Assembly: GCF_013149785.1 (NCBI RefSeq)
Contig: NZ_JABEZU010000002.1
Location: 682,001-746,000 of the forward strand
Length of the DNA: 64,000 bases
From: Isoptericola halotolerans
GTDB lineage: Bacteria; Actinomycetota; Actinomycetes; Actinomycetales; Cellulomonadaceae
Direction: 5' to 3'
Each line of letters opens with the position of its first letter. Position 1 is the stretch's first letter. Below are positions 27,439-38,319 of this stretch, piece by piece. Both the position numbers and the translations under genes were made by a program. The notes below the pieces were generated by a model, which did not search any database, was not told where the DNA came from, and saw only the letters and a program-made list of their open reading frames with translations.

Positions 27439-28092
27439 ATGCGCTCGTTGCTCGCCTCGCTCGCCCTCGGCGCGCTGCTCGCCTCCGGGGCGGTCGTCGC
27501 CACCGGTTCCGCTGCGACCGCCGCACCGTCGGCCGGCGCCCCGGCGGTCGTCCAGGCGGGCTCGGTGCAGAGCAGCATCGCCACGGCCACCAAGCCCGCG
27601 AGGGTCACGATCAAGAAGATCGGGACGAGGACCGCGCCCTACGGCGGCAAGGCGAAGATCAAGCCTCGCGTGTCGAAGTCCGGGCAGGTCAAGGTCACGT
27701 CGAAGACGCTCACCGTCAAGAAGGCGGGCAAGACCGTCGCGAAGAACAAGAAGACGGTCTCCCTCAAACCCGGCACCTACCGAGTGGTCACGAAGGCGAA
27801 GTACAAGCGCTACACCGTGAAGACGACGGCGCAGGGCACCACGAAGGTGTGGGGCCCGACGAAGACCAAGACGCTGAAGCAGAAGCTCGTCGTCAAGCAG
27901 GGCAAGCGGCCCACGAGCACGGCCCCGGTCAGCAAGTGGAACTGCCCGAGCTGGGCGCCGGTCAAGGGCAACCAGTCCGGCATCTACCACCTGCCGGGCG
28001 GCCGCTACTACGACATCACCACACCCGAGAGGTGCTTCACCACCGCGGCCGCCGCGCGCAACGCCGGCTACCGAGCCTCCAAGAACGGCTGA
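27439..28092 (+). CDS. Secreted Lys-rich protein with C-terminal sunset/Ada-metal-binding-like domain
   Basis: Signal peptide; [23 protein letters not shown]...ERCF...A..AGYRA. Confidence 0.8.
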   Translation: MRSLLASLALGALLASGAVVATGSAATAAPSAGAPAVVQAGSVQSSIATATKPARVTIKKIGTRTAPYGGKAKIKPRVSKSGQVKVTSKTLTVKKAGKTVAKNKKTVSLKPGTYRVVTKAKYKRYTVKTTAQGTTKVWGPTKTKTLKQKLVVKQGKRPTSTAPVSKWNCPSWAPVKGNQSGIYHLPGGRYYDITTPERCFTTAAAARNAGYRASKNG

Positions 28093-28207
28093 CCTCCACC
28101 GGCCGCCGCCCACCTACTACCCTGGGAGTGGCGCGCCACCGGCGTGCACCCAGCGCACACGGGAGCCCCCAGCGCGCGACAGCACCCGACGTCCCAGGAG
28201 GGCACCC

Positions 28208-29767
<1,560 letters not shown>

Positions 29768-29776
29768 CCGGTGTCG

Positions 29777-29806
29777 TCGGGTACGGGGGACAACCCCCGT
29801 GCCCGA
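29777..29806. terminator. Hairpin after ahcY (may double as an operator)
   Basis: tcgggtacggggg-acaa-cccccgtgcccga dyad. Confidence 0.5.
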
Positions 29807-29857
29807 CGGCGGCACGCACCCTGGGCACGGCGGCGCGCACTGGCGAGGATGGTCACC

Positions 29858-31231
29858 ATGACCACGTCCTCGCCGGCCCCCGGCTTCCTCGAGGCGCCCT
29901 TCGCGCGACGCACCTGGCGCGCCTACGGGTTCCTGTGGATCGCGCTCCTGCTCGCACCGTTCGCGTTCGCCTACGCGTTGCTCACCACGGTGCTCACCGC
30001 CGGGCTCGCTGTCACCGTGGTGGGCCTGTTCGTGGCGGGCGCCCTCGTGGTCGGTGGACGCGGCTGGGGCGCGATGTACCGCCGGATGGCGCGCAGCCTG
30101 CTCGGGGTCGAGATCGCCGATCCGGCGCCGCGGCGGCGGCGCGCGGGCTTCTGGCGCCGGCTGGGCGGGTCGATCGGCGACGCCACCGGCTGGCGGGCGA
30201 TCCTGTACCTGCTGGCAACGTTCCCGCTGGCCCTCGCCTCGTTCGTGGTCAGCACGGTGTTCCTGGCAGTCGCCCTGGGCGGAGCGAGCCACTGGGTGTG
30301 GTCGCGGTTCCTCCCGCTGCAGGAGGCCCCGGACGGGACGCTGCACCGTGGGTTCTCCGTCGTCGCGGGGGACTGGTACTGGTTCGCGGACACCCCCGCC
30401 CGCCAGGTGCTGCTCGTGACTGCGGGGGTGGGGCTCTTCTACCTCTGGCCGCTGGTCCAGGCGCCCTTCGTGGCCCTCTTCCGCCTCCTCGCGGGCGCGC
30501 TGCTCGGACCGACCACGGCGAGCGTGCGCGTCGCCGAGCTGGAGGCCACCCGGGCCGTGGTGGTCGAGGACGCCGACGGCCGGCTGCGTCGCATCGAACG
30601 GGACCTGCACGACGGCACCCAGGCGCGGCTCGTCGCCGTGGCGATGCAGCTCGGCGAAGCCCGGGACCTGCTCGCCACCGGCACCGGCACCCCGGAGGAC
30701 GTCGCTCTGGCCGGAGACCTCGTCGGGACCGCCCACGACTCCACCAAGGAGGCGCTCGCCGAGCTGCGGGAGATCGCACGCGGCATCCACCCCCCGGCCC
30801 TGGACAGCGGCCTGGCTGTGGCGCTGGAGACCCTCGGTGCCCGTGCGGCAGCTCCCGTCACCGTCGACGTCGACCCGGCCGTCGAGGCCGGCGGGCGGCT
30901 CAGCCCCGCGATCGAGTCCATCGCCTACTACACCGTCGCCGAGCTGGTCACGAACGTCGTCAAGCACGCCCGCGCGACCGGCGCGTACGTGCTGGTCCAG
31001 CGCACGGCCGACGGGCTGCGTCTGCGTGTGCGCGACGACGGCCGAGGGGGCGCCGTCGTCGTCGCACCGGACGGCAGCGGGAGCCGCACGGGCCTGGCCG
31101 GACTGATCGACCGGGTCCGCGCCGTCGACGGCACCTTCGACCTGTCGAGCCCTGCCGGAGGTCCTACGGTGGTCACCGTGCTGCTTCCCGACCAGGCCAG
31201 GCCGACGCTCCCGACCACCACGCGCGCATGA
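29858..31231 (+). CDS. HisKA_3 sensor histidine kinase with membrane sensor domain
   Basis: RIERDLHDGTQARL, ELVTNVVKHA, VRDDGRGG and GLAGLIDRV. Confidence 0.93.
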   Translation: MTTSSPAPGFLEAPFARRTWRAYGFLWIALLLAPFAFAYALLTTVLTAGLAVTVVGLFVAGALVVGGRGWGAMYRRMARSLLGVEIADPAPRRRRAGFWRRLGGSIGDATGWRAILYLLATFPLALASFVVSTVFLAVALGGASHWVWSRFLPLQEAPDGTLHRGFSVVAGDWYWFADTPARQVLLVTAGVGLFYLWPLVQAPFVALFRLLAGALLGPTTASVRVAELEATRAVVVEDADGRLRRIERDLHDGTQARLVAVAMQLGEARDLLATGTGTPEDVALAGDLVGTAHDSTKEALAELREIARGIHPPALDSGLAVALETLGARAAAPVTVDVDPAVEAGGRLSPAIESIAYYTVAELVTNVVKHARATGAYVLVQRTADGLRLRVRDDGRGGAVVVAPDGSGSRTGLAGLIDRVRAVDGTFDLSSPAGGPTVVTVLLPDQARPTLPTTTRA

Positions 31232-31941
31232 GCCCGGGACCGGGCGTGCGACGCGCCACACCCTCGTCCCTGCGGGTCGGGATCGCCGAGGACTCCGCCG
31301 TCCTGCGCGACGGACTGGCCGCGCTGGTCGAACGGCGTGGCCACACGGTCGTCGCCGCGGTGGCCGACGGCGCTGCCCTGGAGCGGGAGGTCGCCCTGCT
31401 CCACGCCGCCGGCGAGCTGCCCGACGTCGTCGTCGTCGACATCCGGATGCCGCCCACCTTCACCGACGAAGGGCTGCGCACGGTGCTGGCGCTGCGCGAG
31501 ACCCATCCGGACCTGGGCGTGCTGCTCTTCAGCCAGTACGTGGAGACCCGGTACGCCGGGCGTCTGCTCGCCGGGAGCTCACGCGGCGTGGGATACCTCC
31601 TGAAGGACCGGGTGGCGGACGTCGGCGACTTCCTGGACGCGCTGGCACGGATCGCGGACGGGCAGACGGTGCTCGACCCGGAGGTGGTGTCCCAGCTCAT
31701 GGGGGCCTCGCACGGTGACGACGGGGTCGCACGGCTCACCGCGCGCGAGCGCGAGGTGCTCGACCTCATGGCGCAGGGGCGCTCCAACGGCGCGATCGCC
31801 GACCTGCTGGTGCTGTCGTACGGCGCGGTCGAGAAGAACGTCGCCTCCATCTTCACCAAGCTCGACCTGCCGCAGGACTCCGCCGACCACCGCCGGGTCC
31901 TCGCCGTGCTGCGCTATCTCGGGGCCGACAGCGCAGAGTAG
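31228..31941 (+). CDS. NarL/LuxR-family response regulator
   Basis: AEDSAVLR, VDIRMPP, GYLLKDRV and LTAREREVLDLMAQGRSN. Confidence 0.95.
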   Translation: MSPGPGVRRATPSSLRVGIAEDSAVLRDGLAALVERRGHTVVAAVADGAALEREVALLHAAGELPDVVVVDIRMPPTFTDEGLRTVLALRETHPDLGVLLFSQYVETRYAGRLLAGSSRGVGYLLKDRVADVGDFLDALARIADGQTVLDPEVVSQLMGASHGDDGVARLTAREREVLDLMAQGRSNGAIADLLVLSYGAVEKNVASIFTKLDLPQDSADHRRVLAVLRYLGADSAE

Positions 31942-32066
31942 GGAGAACCCCCGAGCTTTTCCGGGGGTCGACGGCGCCAAGACCGGGGGAAGCACCCATG
32001 GTCCGTGTCGTCGCAGGTCAGCAGGCTGGAGGGGTACCGACGCCCCCCCGACCTGCGGAGCCTGCC

Positions 32067-33257
32067 ATGACCCTGACGACACCGGTGCCCACGGCGCCGG
32101 CCACACCCGCTCGCACCGACGACCCGGGCCGGGCTCCACGCGACGGGTTCGTCGACGCCGTGCGTGGTCTCGGCGTCGTCGCGGTCGTCCTGCTGCACTG
32201 GCTCATGGCCGACGCGACCTGGGACGGCACGACGCTCCAGATCGGCAACGCCCTCGCCCACGGAGCCGGGTGGACCGTCACCTGGCTGCAGACCCTTCCC
32301 CTGCTCTTCCTCGCCGCCGGGGCAGCAGCCGCCTACCGCGGCTCGCGCACCCTCGGTCTGCCCGGTCGCTGGTGGCGCGCCCTGGGCGGGAGCGTGCTCG
32401 GCGCGGCACGCCCCGTCGTCGTGCTGCTGGGCACCTGGGCGCTGGCGGTCGCGGTGCTGCTCGCCGCGGGCGTGCCCGACGACGCCGTGTGGCGGCTGGC
32501 ACGCATGGTCCCGCAGCCGCTGTGGTTCCTCGGGGTGTGGGTCGTGCTGGTCGCCCTGGCGCCGCTGCTGGTGCGGGCGTGGCGCCGGTGGCGGTGGCGT
32601 GCCGCGGCCGTGGTGGTCGCCCTGCCGCTGGTCGTCGACGCCCTACGGTTCGGCGCCGGTCTCGGCGACCTCGCGTGGGCGAACGTGCTCCTCGCCTGGG
32701 CCGTGCCGTTCGGTGCGGGTGTTGCGTACGCGACCGACCGCACCGACGGGCGCCGTGCCGTCCCGCGGGCCAAGACGTTCCTGGTCGGTGCCGCACTGGT
32801 CGCGCTGGCCGCGGCGGTGCTGCTGATCGCCCTCGGCCCGTACCCGGCGAGCCTCGTCGGGATGCCCGGCGCCGAGATCTCCAACCTGGCGCCCCCGACC
32901 GCGCCCGTCGTCCTGCACGCCGTGGCCATGGTGTGCCTGGCGCTCACGGTACGGCGTCCTCTGGCCCGGTGGGCGGCCGGGCGCGGCCGCCCGGTCGTGC
33001 AGGTGGTGGCGCGGCGCTCGATGACCGTCTACCTGTGGCACCTGACCGCGATGTTCGCCGTCGTCGGCTCCGTGGTGCTCGGTCTCGGCCAGCGGCTGCC
33101 GGACGCGTGGACCGCCGCCTGGTGGGCGGGGCGGCCCTTCTGGTTCGCCGCCTACCTGCTCGTGCTGCTCGGGCTCGTGGCGGTCTTCGGACGCTTCGAG
33201 ACGTCGCGGGCCGGGTCTCGGGGCGTGACGCTCACCCGCGCGGCGACCGGACGATGA
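32067..33257 (+). CDS. Acyltransferase 3 family membrane protein
   Basis: RDGFVDAVRG...LHW, PLWFLGV and SMTVYLWH. Confidence 0.88.
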   Translation: MTLTTPVPTAPATPARTDDPGRAPRDGFVDAVRGLGVVAVVLLHWLMADATWDGTTLQIGNALAHGAGWTVTWLQTLPLLFLAAGAAAAYRGSRTLGLPGRWWRALGGSVLGAARPVVVLLGTWALAVAVLLAAGVPDDAVWRLARMVPQPLWFLGVWVVLVALAPLLVRAWRRWRWRAAAVVVALPLVVDALRFGAGLGDLAWANVLLAWAVPFGAGVAYATDRTDGRRAVPRAKTFLVGAALVALAAAVLLIALGPYPASLVGMPGAEISNLAPPTAPVVLHAVAMVCLALTVRRPLARWAAGRGRPVVQVVARRSMTVYLWHLTAMFAVVGSVVLGLGQRLPDAWTAAWWAGRPFWFAAYLLVLLGLVAVFGRFETSRAGSRGVTLTRAATGR

Positions 33258-33265
33258 GACGGCGA

Positions 33266-33296
33266 CGCCCCGCCCGGTCGAGGACCGGGCGGGGCG
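33266..33296. terminator. Bidirectional hairpin terminator
   Basis: cgccccgcccggtc-gag-gaccgggcggggcg between convergent genes. Confidence 0.7.
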
Positions 33297-33319
33297 CCAG
33301 CAACGTCAGGAGGAGACGG

Positions 33320-33742
33320 TCAGGAGCAGTTCTCCGCCGTGTACTCCTCGAGCTCCGTGCTGGCCGCCGTGAACTCCTCGTCGGTGAAGGCGCCCATCGC
33401 CTCGGTCAGCGCCGTCGGGTCGGCGTTCTCGAGGTCGGACAGGGTCTCGGTGGCGGCGTCGCTGAAGGTGCGGAACGCCGAGGTGATGACCGCGTAGGAG
33501 TCGGAGATCTCCGCGGGTGCCTCGATCGACTCGACCTCGGCCGTCAGCTGCTCGAGCGAGGCGACCGCGGCGTCCGGGTCGTTGGGGTCGACGTTCTGCA
33601 GGTCCGCGGTCAGCTCGTCCATCGAGCCGAAGGAGTCGCAGAACGCCTGAGCGCTCTCGTCCGAACCGCCGCAGGCCGCCAGCGAGAGGGTGAGCACGCC
33701 GGCAGCAGCCAGAGCAGTGGTACGGGAAAGGTGGTTTCGCAT
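33320..33742 (-). CDS. Acidic helical lipoprotein, hypothetical
   Basis: Lipobox LAAC; FC...C pair; APAEI motif; -10 TAGGGT 6 nt upstream. Confidence 0.8.
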   Translation of the reverse strand: MRNHLSRTTALAAAGVLTLSLAACGGSDESAQAFCDSFGSMDELTADLQNVDPNDPDAAVASLEQLTAEVESIEAPAEISDSYAVITSAFRTFSDAATETLSDLENADPTALTEAMGAFTDEEFTAASTELEEYTAENCS

Positions 33743-33813
33743 ACAGCCACCCTAGAGGTTGCTCCGAGGAACGGCACAGGTGGTCTGGTGGTCGAGACGA
33801 TGAACGCCCGGGA

Positions 33814-34635
33814 TCAGTCGCGCGGGTCCGCCACCGCGTAGGGCAGCCGGTGGAGGACCTGCGCCTGCTGCGTCGCGCGCTCCCGCTCGGCCTGCCCCCG
33901 CACGAGCTCGCGGTCACGGCGCTCGTACAGCACCGCGTGCAGGAACGCCTCGGCCGGGGTGCCCGGCGGCGGGCCCGGAGCGACGTAGGCCTCGACCTGG
34001 CCGGCCAGCTCGTTCGTCAGCCGCGCGCGCGACGACGGCGCCAGGCGGGGCCCGCGGTCCAGCACCTGACGGGCGCGCAGCGCGAGCCCGTCGGGCAGGC
34101 GGCGGATGTCCGCCGCGCGCGCCCAGCCCACCAGGTCCGGAGCCATCACCAGGGGGCGCTCCCAACCCCGCGCCCCGCGGACCCGCACCGCGTACGTGCC
34201 GGCGAGGAGGTCACCCAGCCGCTTGCCCCGGGCGTTGGAGAGCGAGGTGATGATCGCGATCGCCCCGAAGGTGAACCAGATCTCGAACACGCCCACCAGG
34301 GCCCGGACGAACGCGTGCCGGAAGCGGACGGGACCGCCGTCGTCGCGCACCACCCGCAGCCCCGTCGCGAGCTTGCCCAGGGAGCGCCCGCGGGTGAGCG
34401 TCTCCACCGTGACGGGCAGCCCGACGAGGAACGTCACCATCAGCACGACCGCGAGCGTGTTGCCCCACTGGGCGTTCAGACGGTCGATCGCCGTGCCCAC
34501 CACGAGGCTCATCGTGCCCACGAACAGCACCACCGTCACCAGCGCGTCCAGCAGCGCGCCGAGCGACCGCGTCGCGAACGACGCCGGGCGTGCGTCGAGG
34601 ACCACGCCCTCGCCGATGAGGATTCCGTCCTGCAC
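33814..34635 (-). CDS. RDD family membrane protein
   Basis: GEGVVLD..ASFATRSLGALLD, SLGKLATGLRVV and KRLGDLLAGT. Confidence 0.9.
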   Translation of the reverse strand: MQDGILIGEGVVLDARPASFATRSLGALLDALVTVVLFVGTMSLVVGTAIDRLNAQWGNTLAVVLMVTFLVGLPVTVETLTRGRSLGKLATGLRVVRDDGGPVRFRHAFVRALVGVFEIWFTFGAIAIITSLSNARGKRLGDLLAGTYAVRVRGARGWERPLVMAPDLVGWARAADIRRLPDGLALRARQVLDRGPRLAPSSRARLTNELAGQVEAYVAPGPPPGTPAEAFLHAVLYERRDRELVRGQAERERATQQAQVLHRLPYAVADPRD

Positions 34636-34737
34636 GGTGCCTCCGTCTCCTGGATTCGTCCCGGCCCGGCCGGCGGACCGACCCGGGGTGGGGGACACCG
34701 TCGTCGTCGCGGCGTCTCCTGTGGCAGGGTATCGGGC

Positions 34738-35727
34738 GTGGACCTGGATGCCTTCACCGCCGTGCACCGCCCGGAGTGGGACCGCCTCGACCGTCTCGCC
34801 AAGCAGCGCCGGCTGGACGGCGCCGAGGCCGACGAGCTCGTGCGGCTCTACCAGGCCGTCGCCACCCACCTGTCCACCGTCCGCTCCGCCGCCCCCGACC
34901 CCGTCCTGGTCACCCGGCTGTCGGAGCTCCTGAGCCGTTCGCGTACGCGGATCGCGGGCGCCCACGAGCCCGCCTGGTCCGAGGTCGTGCGCTACGCCAC
35001 CGTCACCGTGCCGGCGGCCCTGTACCGGATCCGCTGGTGGACCTTCTGGGTCACGGCCGGGTTCCTGCTGGTGGCGGTCGTCGCCGGTGTGCGGGTCGCG
35101 ACCGATCCCGAGGCGCTCGCCGCGCTGGGCACCCCGTCGTGGCAGGAGCAGTACGTCGACGAGGCCTTCGCCTCCTACTACGACCCCGGCACGTCGTTCG
35201 CCGCCATGGTGTGGACCAACAACGCCTGGATCGCGCTGCAGATGATCGCGTTCGGGGTCACCGGTGCGTGGCCCGTGTACGTCCTGCTGCAGAACGCCGT
35301 GAGCATCGGGGCCATCGGCGGCATGATGGCCGCCCACGGCGAGCTCACCCTGTTCCTGCAGCTGATCACCCCGCACGGCCTGCTCGAGCTCACCAGCATC
35401 TTCGTGGCCGGGGCCGCAGGGCTGCGGCTGTTCTGGGCGTGGGTGGACCCGGGTCCGCGGCCCCGGTCCACGGCCCTCGCGGCCGAGGGGCGGGCGCTGA
35501 TCACCGTCGGGGTCGGGCTCGTCGGTGCGTTGGCCCTGTCCGGCGTGGTCGAGGGCTTCGTCACCGGGTCCACGCTGCCGTGGTGGCTCAAGATCATCAT
35601 CGGAGCGCTCGCGCTGGCGGCCTTCCTGGCCTACTACCTCGTGCTCGGCCGCCGGGCGGTCGAGGCGGGGGAGACGGGGGACCTCGACGTCGACAAGGCC
35701 GGCGCCGTCCTGCCCACCGCCGGCTGA
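34738..35727 (+). CDS. Stage II sporulation protein M (SpoIIM/DUF95) family membrane protein
   Basis: MDLDAF...W.RL, VWTNNAW, PHGLLELT and VEGFVT. Confidence 0.9.
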   Translation: MDLDAFTAVHRPEWDRLDRLAKQRRLDGAEADELVRLYQAVATHLSTVRSAAPDPVLVTRLSELLSRSRTRIAGAHEPAWSEVVRYATVTVPAALYRIRWWTFWVTAGFLLVAVVAGVRVATDPEALAALGTPSWQEQYVDEAFASYYDPGTSFAAMVWTNNAWIALQMIAFGVTGAWPVYVLLQNAVSIGAIGGMMAAHGELTLFLQLITPHGLLELTSIFVAGAAGLRLFWAWVDPGPRPRSTALAAEGRALITVGVGLVGALALSGVVEGFVTGSTLPWWLKIIIGALALAAFLAYYLVLGRRAVEAGETGDLDVDKAGAVLPTAG

Positions 35728-35751
35728 CCCTCGTGCGGTCGTGCCCGTGCG

Positions 35752-35824
35752 GTTGTGGGCGTGATTTCTGGGCTGCCGTATCGGACAAAAACGGGCATAG
35801 CGGGCCAGAAATCACGCCCACAAC
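35752..35824. repeat. 20-bp perfect inverted repeat with 33-nt spacer (REP/MITE-like)
   Basis: gttgtgggcgtgatttctgg (35752-71) / ccagaaatcacgcccacaac (35805-24); lower GC than the flanks. Confidence 0.8.
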
Positions 35825-35831
35825 ACTGAGG

Positions 35832-37205
35832 TCAGAGGCGACCGGCTGACTTCAGCGCGAGATAGGTGTCCGCCAGGCGCGGCGCCAGGTCGTCCGGCAG
35901 CGCCTCGAACACCTCGGCCCCGTGCTGGCGCAGCACCGCCGCCACGGCAGAGCGCTCCAGGTCCCCTCGCGCCGCCGCGGCCGCGTCGTAGACCTCCTCG
36001 ACGTCGGCGCGGCCCGCGCGCATCTGCGCCACCTCGGCATCGGTGACCGCCGCGACGACGACCTGGTGCTCGGCTGCGAGCTGGTCGATCACGGGGAGCA
36101 GGCCGTTCTCGACGACGGCGGGGTCGAGCGAGGTCAGCAGCACCACCAGCGCGCGCTGCGAGACCCGCGTGCGCACCTGGCCCACGAGCCCCGCCCAGTC
36201 CGTCTCCAGCAGCACCGGCTGGACGGCGGACAGCGCGTCGGCCATCGCGGGCAGCAGCCGTGGTCCCGAGGCGCCGGCGACCCGTGACCGCAGCGTGCGG
36301 TCGTAGGCCAGGACCTGGACGCGGTCGCCCGCCCGGTCGGCCAGGGCCGCCAGCAGCAGCGCCGCCTCGACGCTCGCCTCCAGCCGGGTCCCCCCGCTGT
36401 TCAGCGAACCGTCCGACGTCGTCCCGATCCGTGCCGCCGACGTCCGGCCGGTGTCCAGCACGATCACCACGCGCCGGTCCCGCTCGGGGCGCCAGGTGCG
36501 CACGACGACGTCACCACCGCGGGCGGTCGCACGCCAGTCGATCGAGCGCACGTCGTCGCCCACCACGTACTCGCGCAGCGAGTCGAACTCCGTCCCCTCG
36601 CCCCGTACCTGCACCGAGGCGCGCCCGTCCATCTCGCGCAGGCGGGCCAGACGGCTCGGCAGGTGTCGCCGGGAGGCGAACTCGGGCAGCACCCGGATCC
36701 GGCCGCCGACGTCGATCGAGGCCTGACGGCCCGCCAGCCGCAGCGGGCCGAGCGTCCTGATCGTCACCGGCCCGGCGACCCGGTCGCCGCGTCGGGTCGG
36801 CAGCAGCGGGGTGCTCAGCCGCGCCGACTCGCCGACGGGCAGCTGCACGGAGTGCCGCGCGGTGCGGGCCGGCTGCGCGGCGTCGGTGTGCGGGCGCAGG
36901 CCCCCGTCGTCGTCGCGCGCCGCAGCCAGGGACGGCGGCCAGGCGTCCCGCACCAGCGCGCGCAGGCGCCGTCGGCCCGCGTTGGTCAGCACGAGCCGGG
37001 ACGTCGCCGGGGTGCCGAGACGGACCGACGCCGGGACCGTGCGCTGCAGCGTGACGTCCCGCGGAGACGCGGCGAGGGCCACGTCGAGCAGGCAGACGAC
37101 CACGATCACCAGCGCCCAGATCAGCACCGTCCCGGGAACCGGCCAGATCGCGACCGGCACGAGGCCGAGCGCGGCCAGGACGACCGCGCGCCAGGACAGC
37201 GCCAT
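35832..37205 (-). CDS. DUF58 / vWA-like protein
   Basis: GTEFDSLREYVVGDDVRSIDWRATAR; MIDAS-like LDTGRTS. Confidence 0.93.
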   Translation of the reverse strand: MALSWRAVVLAALGLVPVAIWPVPGTVLIWALVIVVVCLLDVALAASPRDVTLQRTVPASVRLGTPATSRLVLTNAGRRRLRALVRDAWPPSLAAARDDDGGLRPHTDAAQPARTARHSVQLPVGESARLSTPLLPTRRGDRVAGPVTIRTLGPLRLAGRQASIDVGGRIRVLPEFASRRHLPSRLARLREMDGRASVQVRGEGTEFDSLREYVVGDDVRSIDWRATARGGDVVVRTWRPERDRRVVIVLDTGRTSAARIGTTSDGSLNSGGTRLEASVEAALLLAALADRAGDRVQVLAYDRTLRSRVAGASGPRLLPAMADALSAVQPVLLETDWAGLVGQVRTRVSQRALVVLLTSLDPAVVENGLLPVIDQLAAEHQVVVAAVTDAEVAQMRAGRADVEEVYDAAAAARGDLERSAVAAVLRQHGAEVFEALPDDLAPRLADTYLALKSAGRL

Positions 37206-37206
37206 G

Positions 37207-38319
37207 TCAGCGGGGGACCGGGACGGCGGCGAGGACGGTGCTCAGCACCGACTCGGCGGTCACGCCCTCGAGCTCCGCCTCCGGTCGCAGCTGGACCCGG
37301 TGCCGCAGCGTCGGGTGGGCGAGCGCCTTGACGTCGTCCGGCGTCACGTACATGCGGCCCGACAGCCATGCCCAGGCGCGGGCGGTGGACAGCAGGGCCG
37401 TCGCGCCACGGGGCGAGACGCCGAGCTGCAGCGACGGGGACTGGCGCGTGGCCCGGCACACGTCCACGGCGTAACCGAGGACCTCCTGGGACACCTCGAC
37501 CTGGCGGACCTCGGCCCGGGCCGCCGCGAGCACTCCGGGATCCCCCACGGCGCGCACGCCGGCGGCACCCAGGTCACGCGGGTCGAACCCGCCGGCGTGG
37601 CGCGCCAGCACCTCGACCTCGGCGTCCCGCTCGGGCAGCGGGAGCAGCACCTTGAGCAGGAAGCGGTCGAGCTGTGCCTCGGGCAGCGGGTAGGTGCCCT
37701 CGTGCTCGACCGGGTTCTGCGTGGCGATGACGAGGAACGGCTCCGGCAGCGGCCGAGGCTGGCCGTCCACCGACACCTGGCGCTCCTCCATGGACTCCAG
37801 CAGGGACGCCTGCGTCTTGGGGGGCGTGCGGTTGATCTCGTCGGCGAGCAGCAGGTTGGTGAACACCGGACCCGGACGGAACGAGAACTCCGCGGAGCGG
37901 GCGTCGTAGACCAGCGACCCCGTCACGTCGCCGGGCATGAGGTCGGGGGTGAACTGCACGCGCTTGAAGTCGAGGTCGAGGGACGCCGCCAGGGTCCGGA
38001 CCAGCAGGGTCTTGGCCACGCCGGGGACGCCCTCGAGCAGCACGTGGCCCGAGCAGAGCAGGGCGATGAGCAGGCTGGTGACCGCGGAGTCCTGGCCCAC
38101 GACGGCCTTGCCGACCTCCGTGCGGACCGCGGCCAGCGCGCGCCGCAGCTCCAGCGAGGGCTGCGGGGGCTCCACCGGCCCGGCGGGGGCGTCGGCCTGC
38201 GCGGTGGTGGTGGCGCCCGCGGGCGGTTCCGAGGAGCCGGTGGCGACGGGCGCAGCCGTCGCCGTCTCCGGGGGGCCGGGGACGGGGGGCGTCTGCTGGT
38301 TCTCGTCGGGTGGGGTCAC
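37207..38319 (-). CDS. moxR: MoxR family AAA+ ATPase
   Basis: GHVLLEGVPGVAKT, VQFTPDLMPGD, DEINRTPPKTQ and EGTYPLPEAQLDRF. Confidence 0.95.
   Translation of the reverse strand: MTPPDENQQTPPVPGPPETATAAPVATGSSEPPAGATTTAQADAPAGPVEPPQPSLELRRALAAVRTEVGKAVVGQDSAVTSLLIALLCSGHVLLEGVPGVAKTLLVRTLAASLDLDFKRVQFTPDLMPGDVTGSLVYDARSAEFSFRPGPVFTNLLLADEINRTPPKTQASLLESMEERQVSVDGQPRPLPEPFLVIATQNPVEHEGTYPLPEAQLDRFLLKVLLPLPERDAEVEVLARHAGGFDPRDLGAAGVRAVGDPGVLAAARAEVRQVEVSQEVLGYAVDVCRATRQSPSLQLGVSPRGATALLSTARAWAWLSGRMYVTPDDVKALAHPTLRHRVQLRPEAELEGVTAESVLSTVLAAVPVPR

Noticed and set aside
28115..28207. cctggga...tcccagg stem that could sequester the ahcY Shine-Dalgarno sequence
   Set aside because: The 5' arm overlaps a likely -10 (TACCCT), so it is probably not transcribed; no recognisable riboswitch consensus
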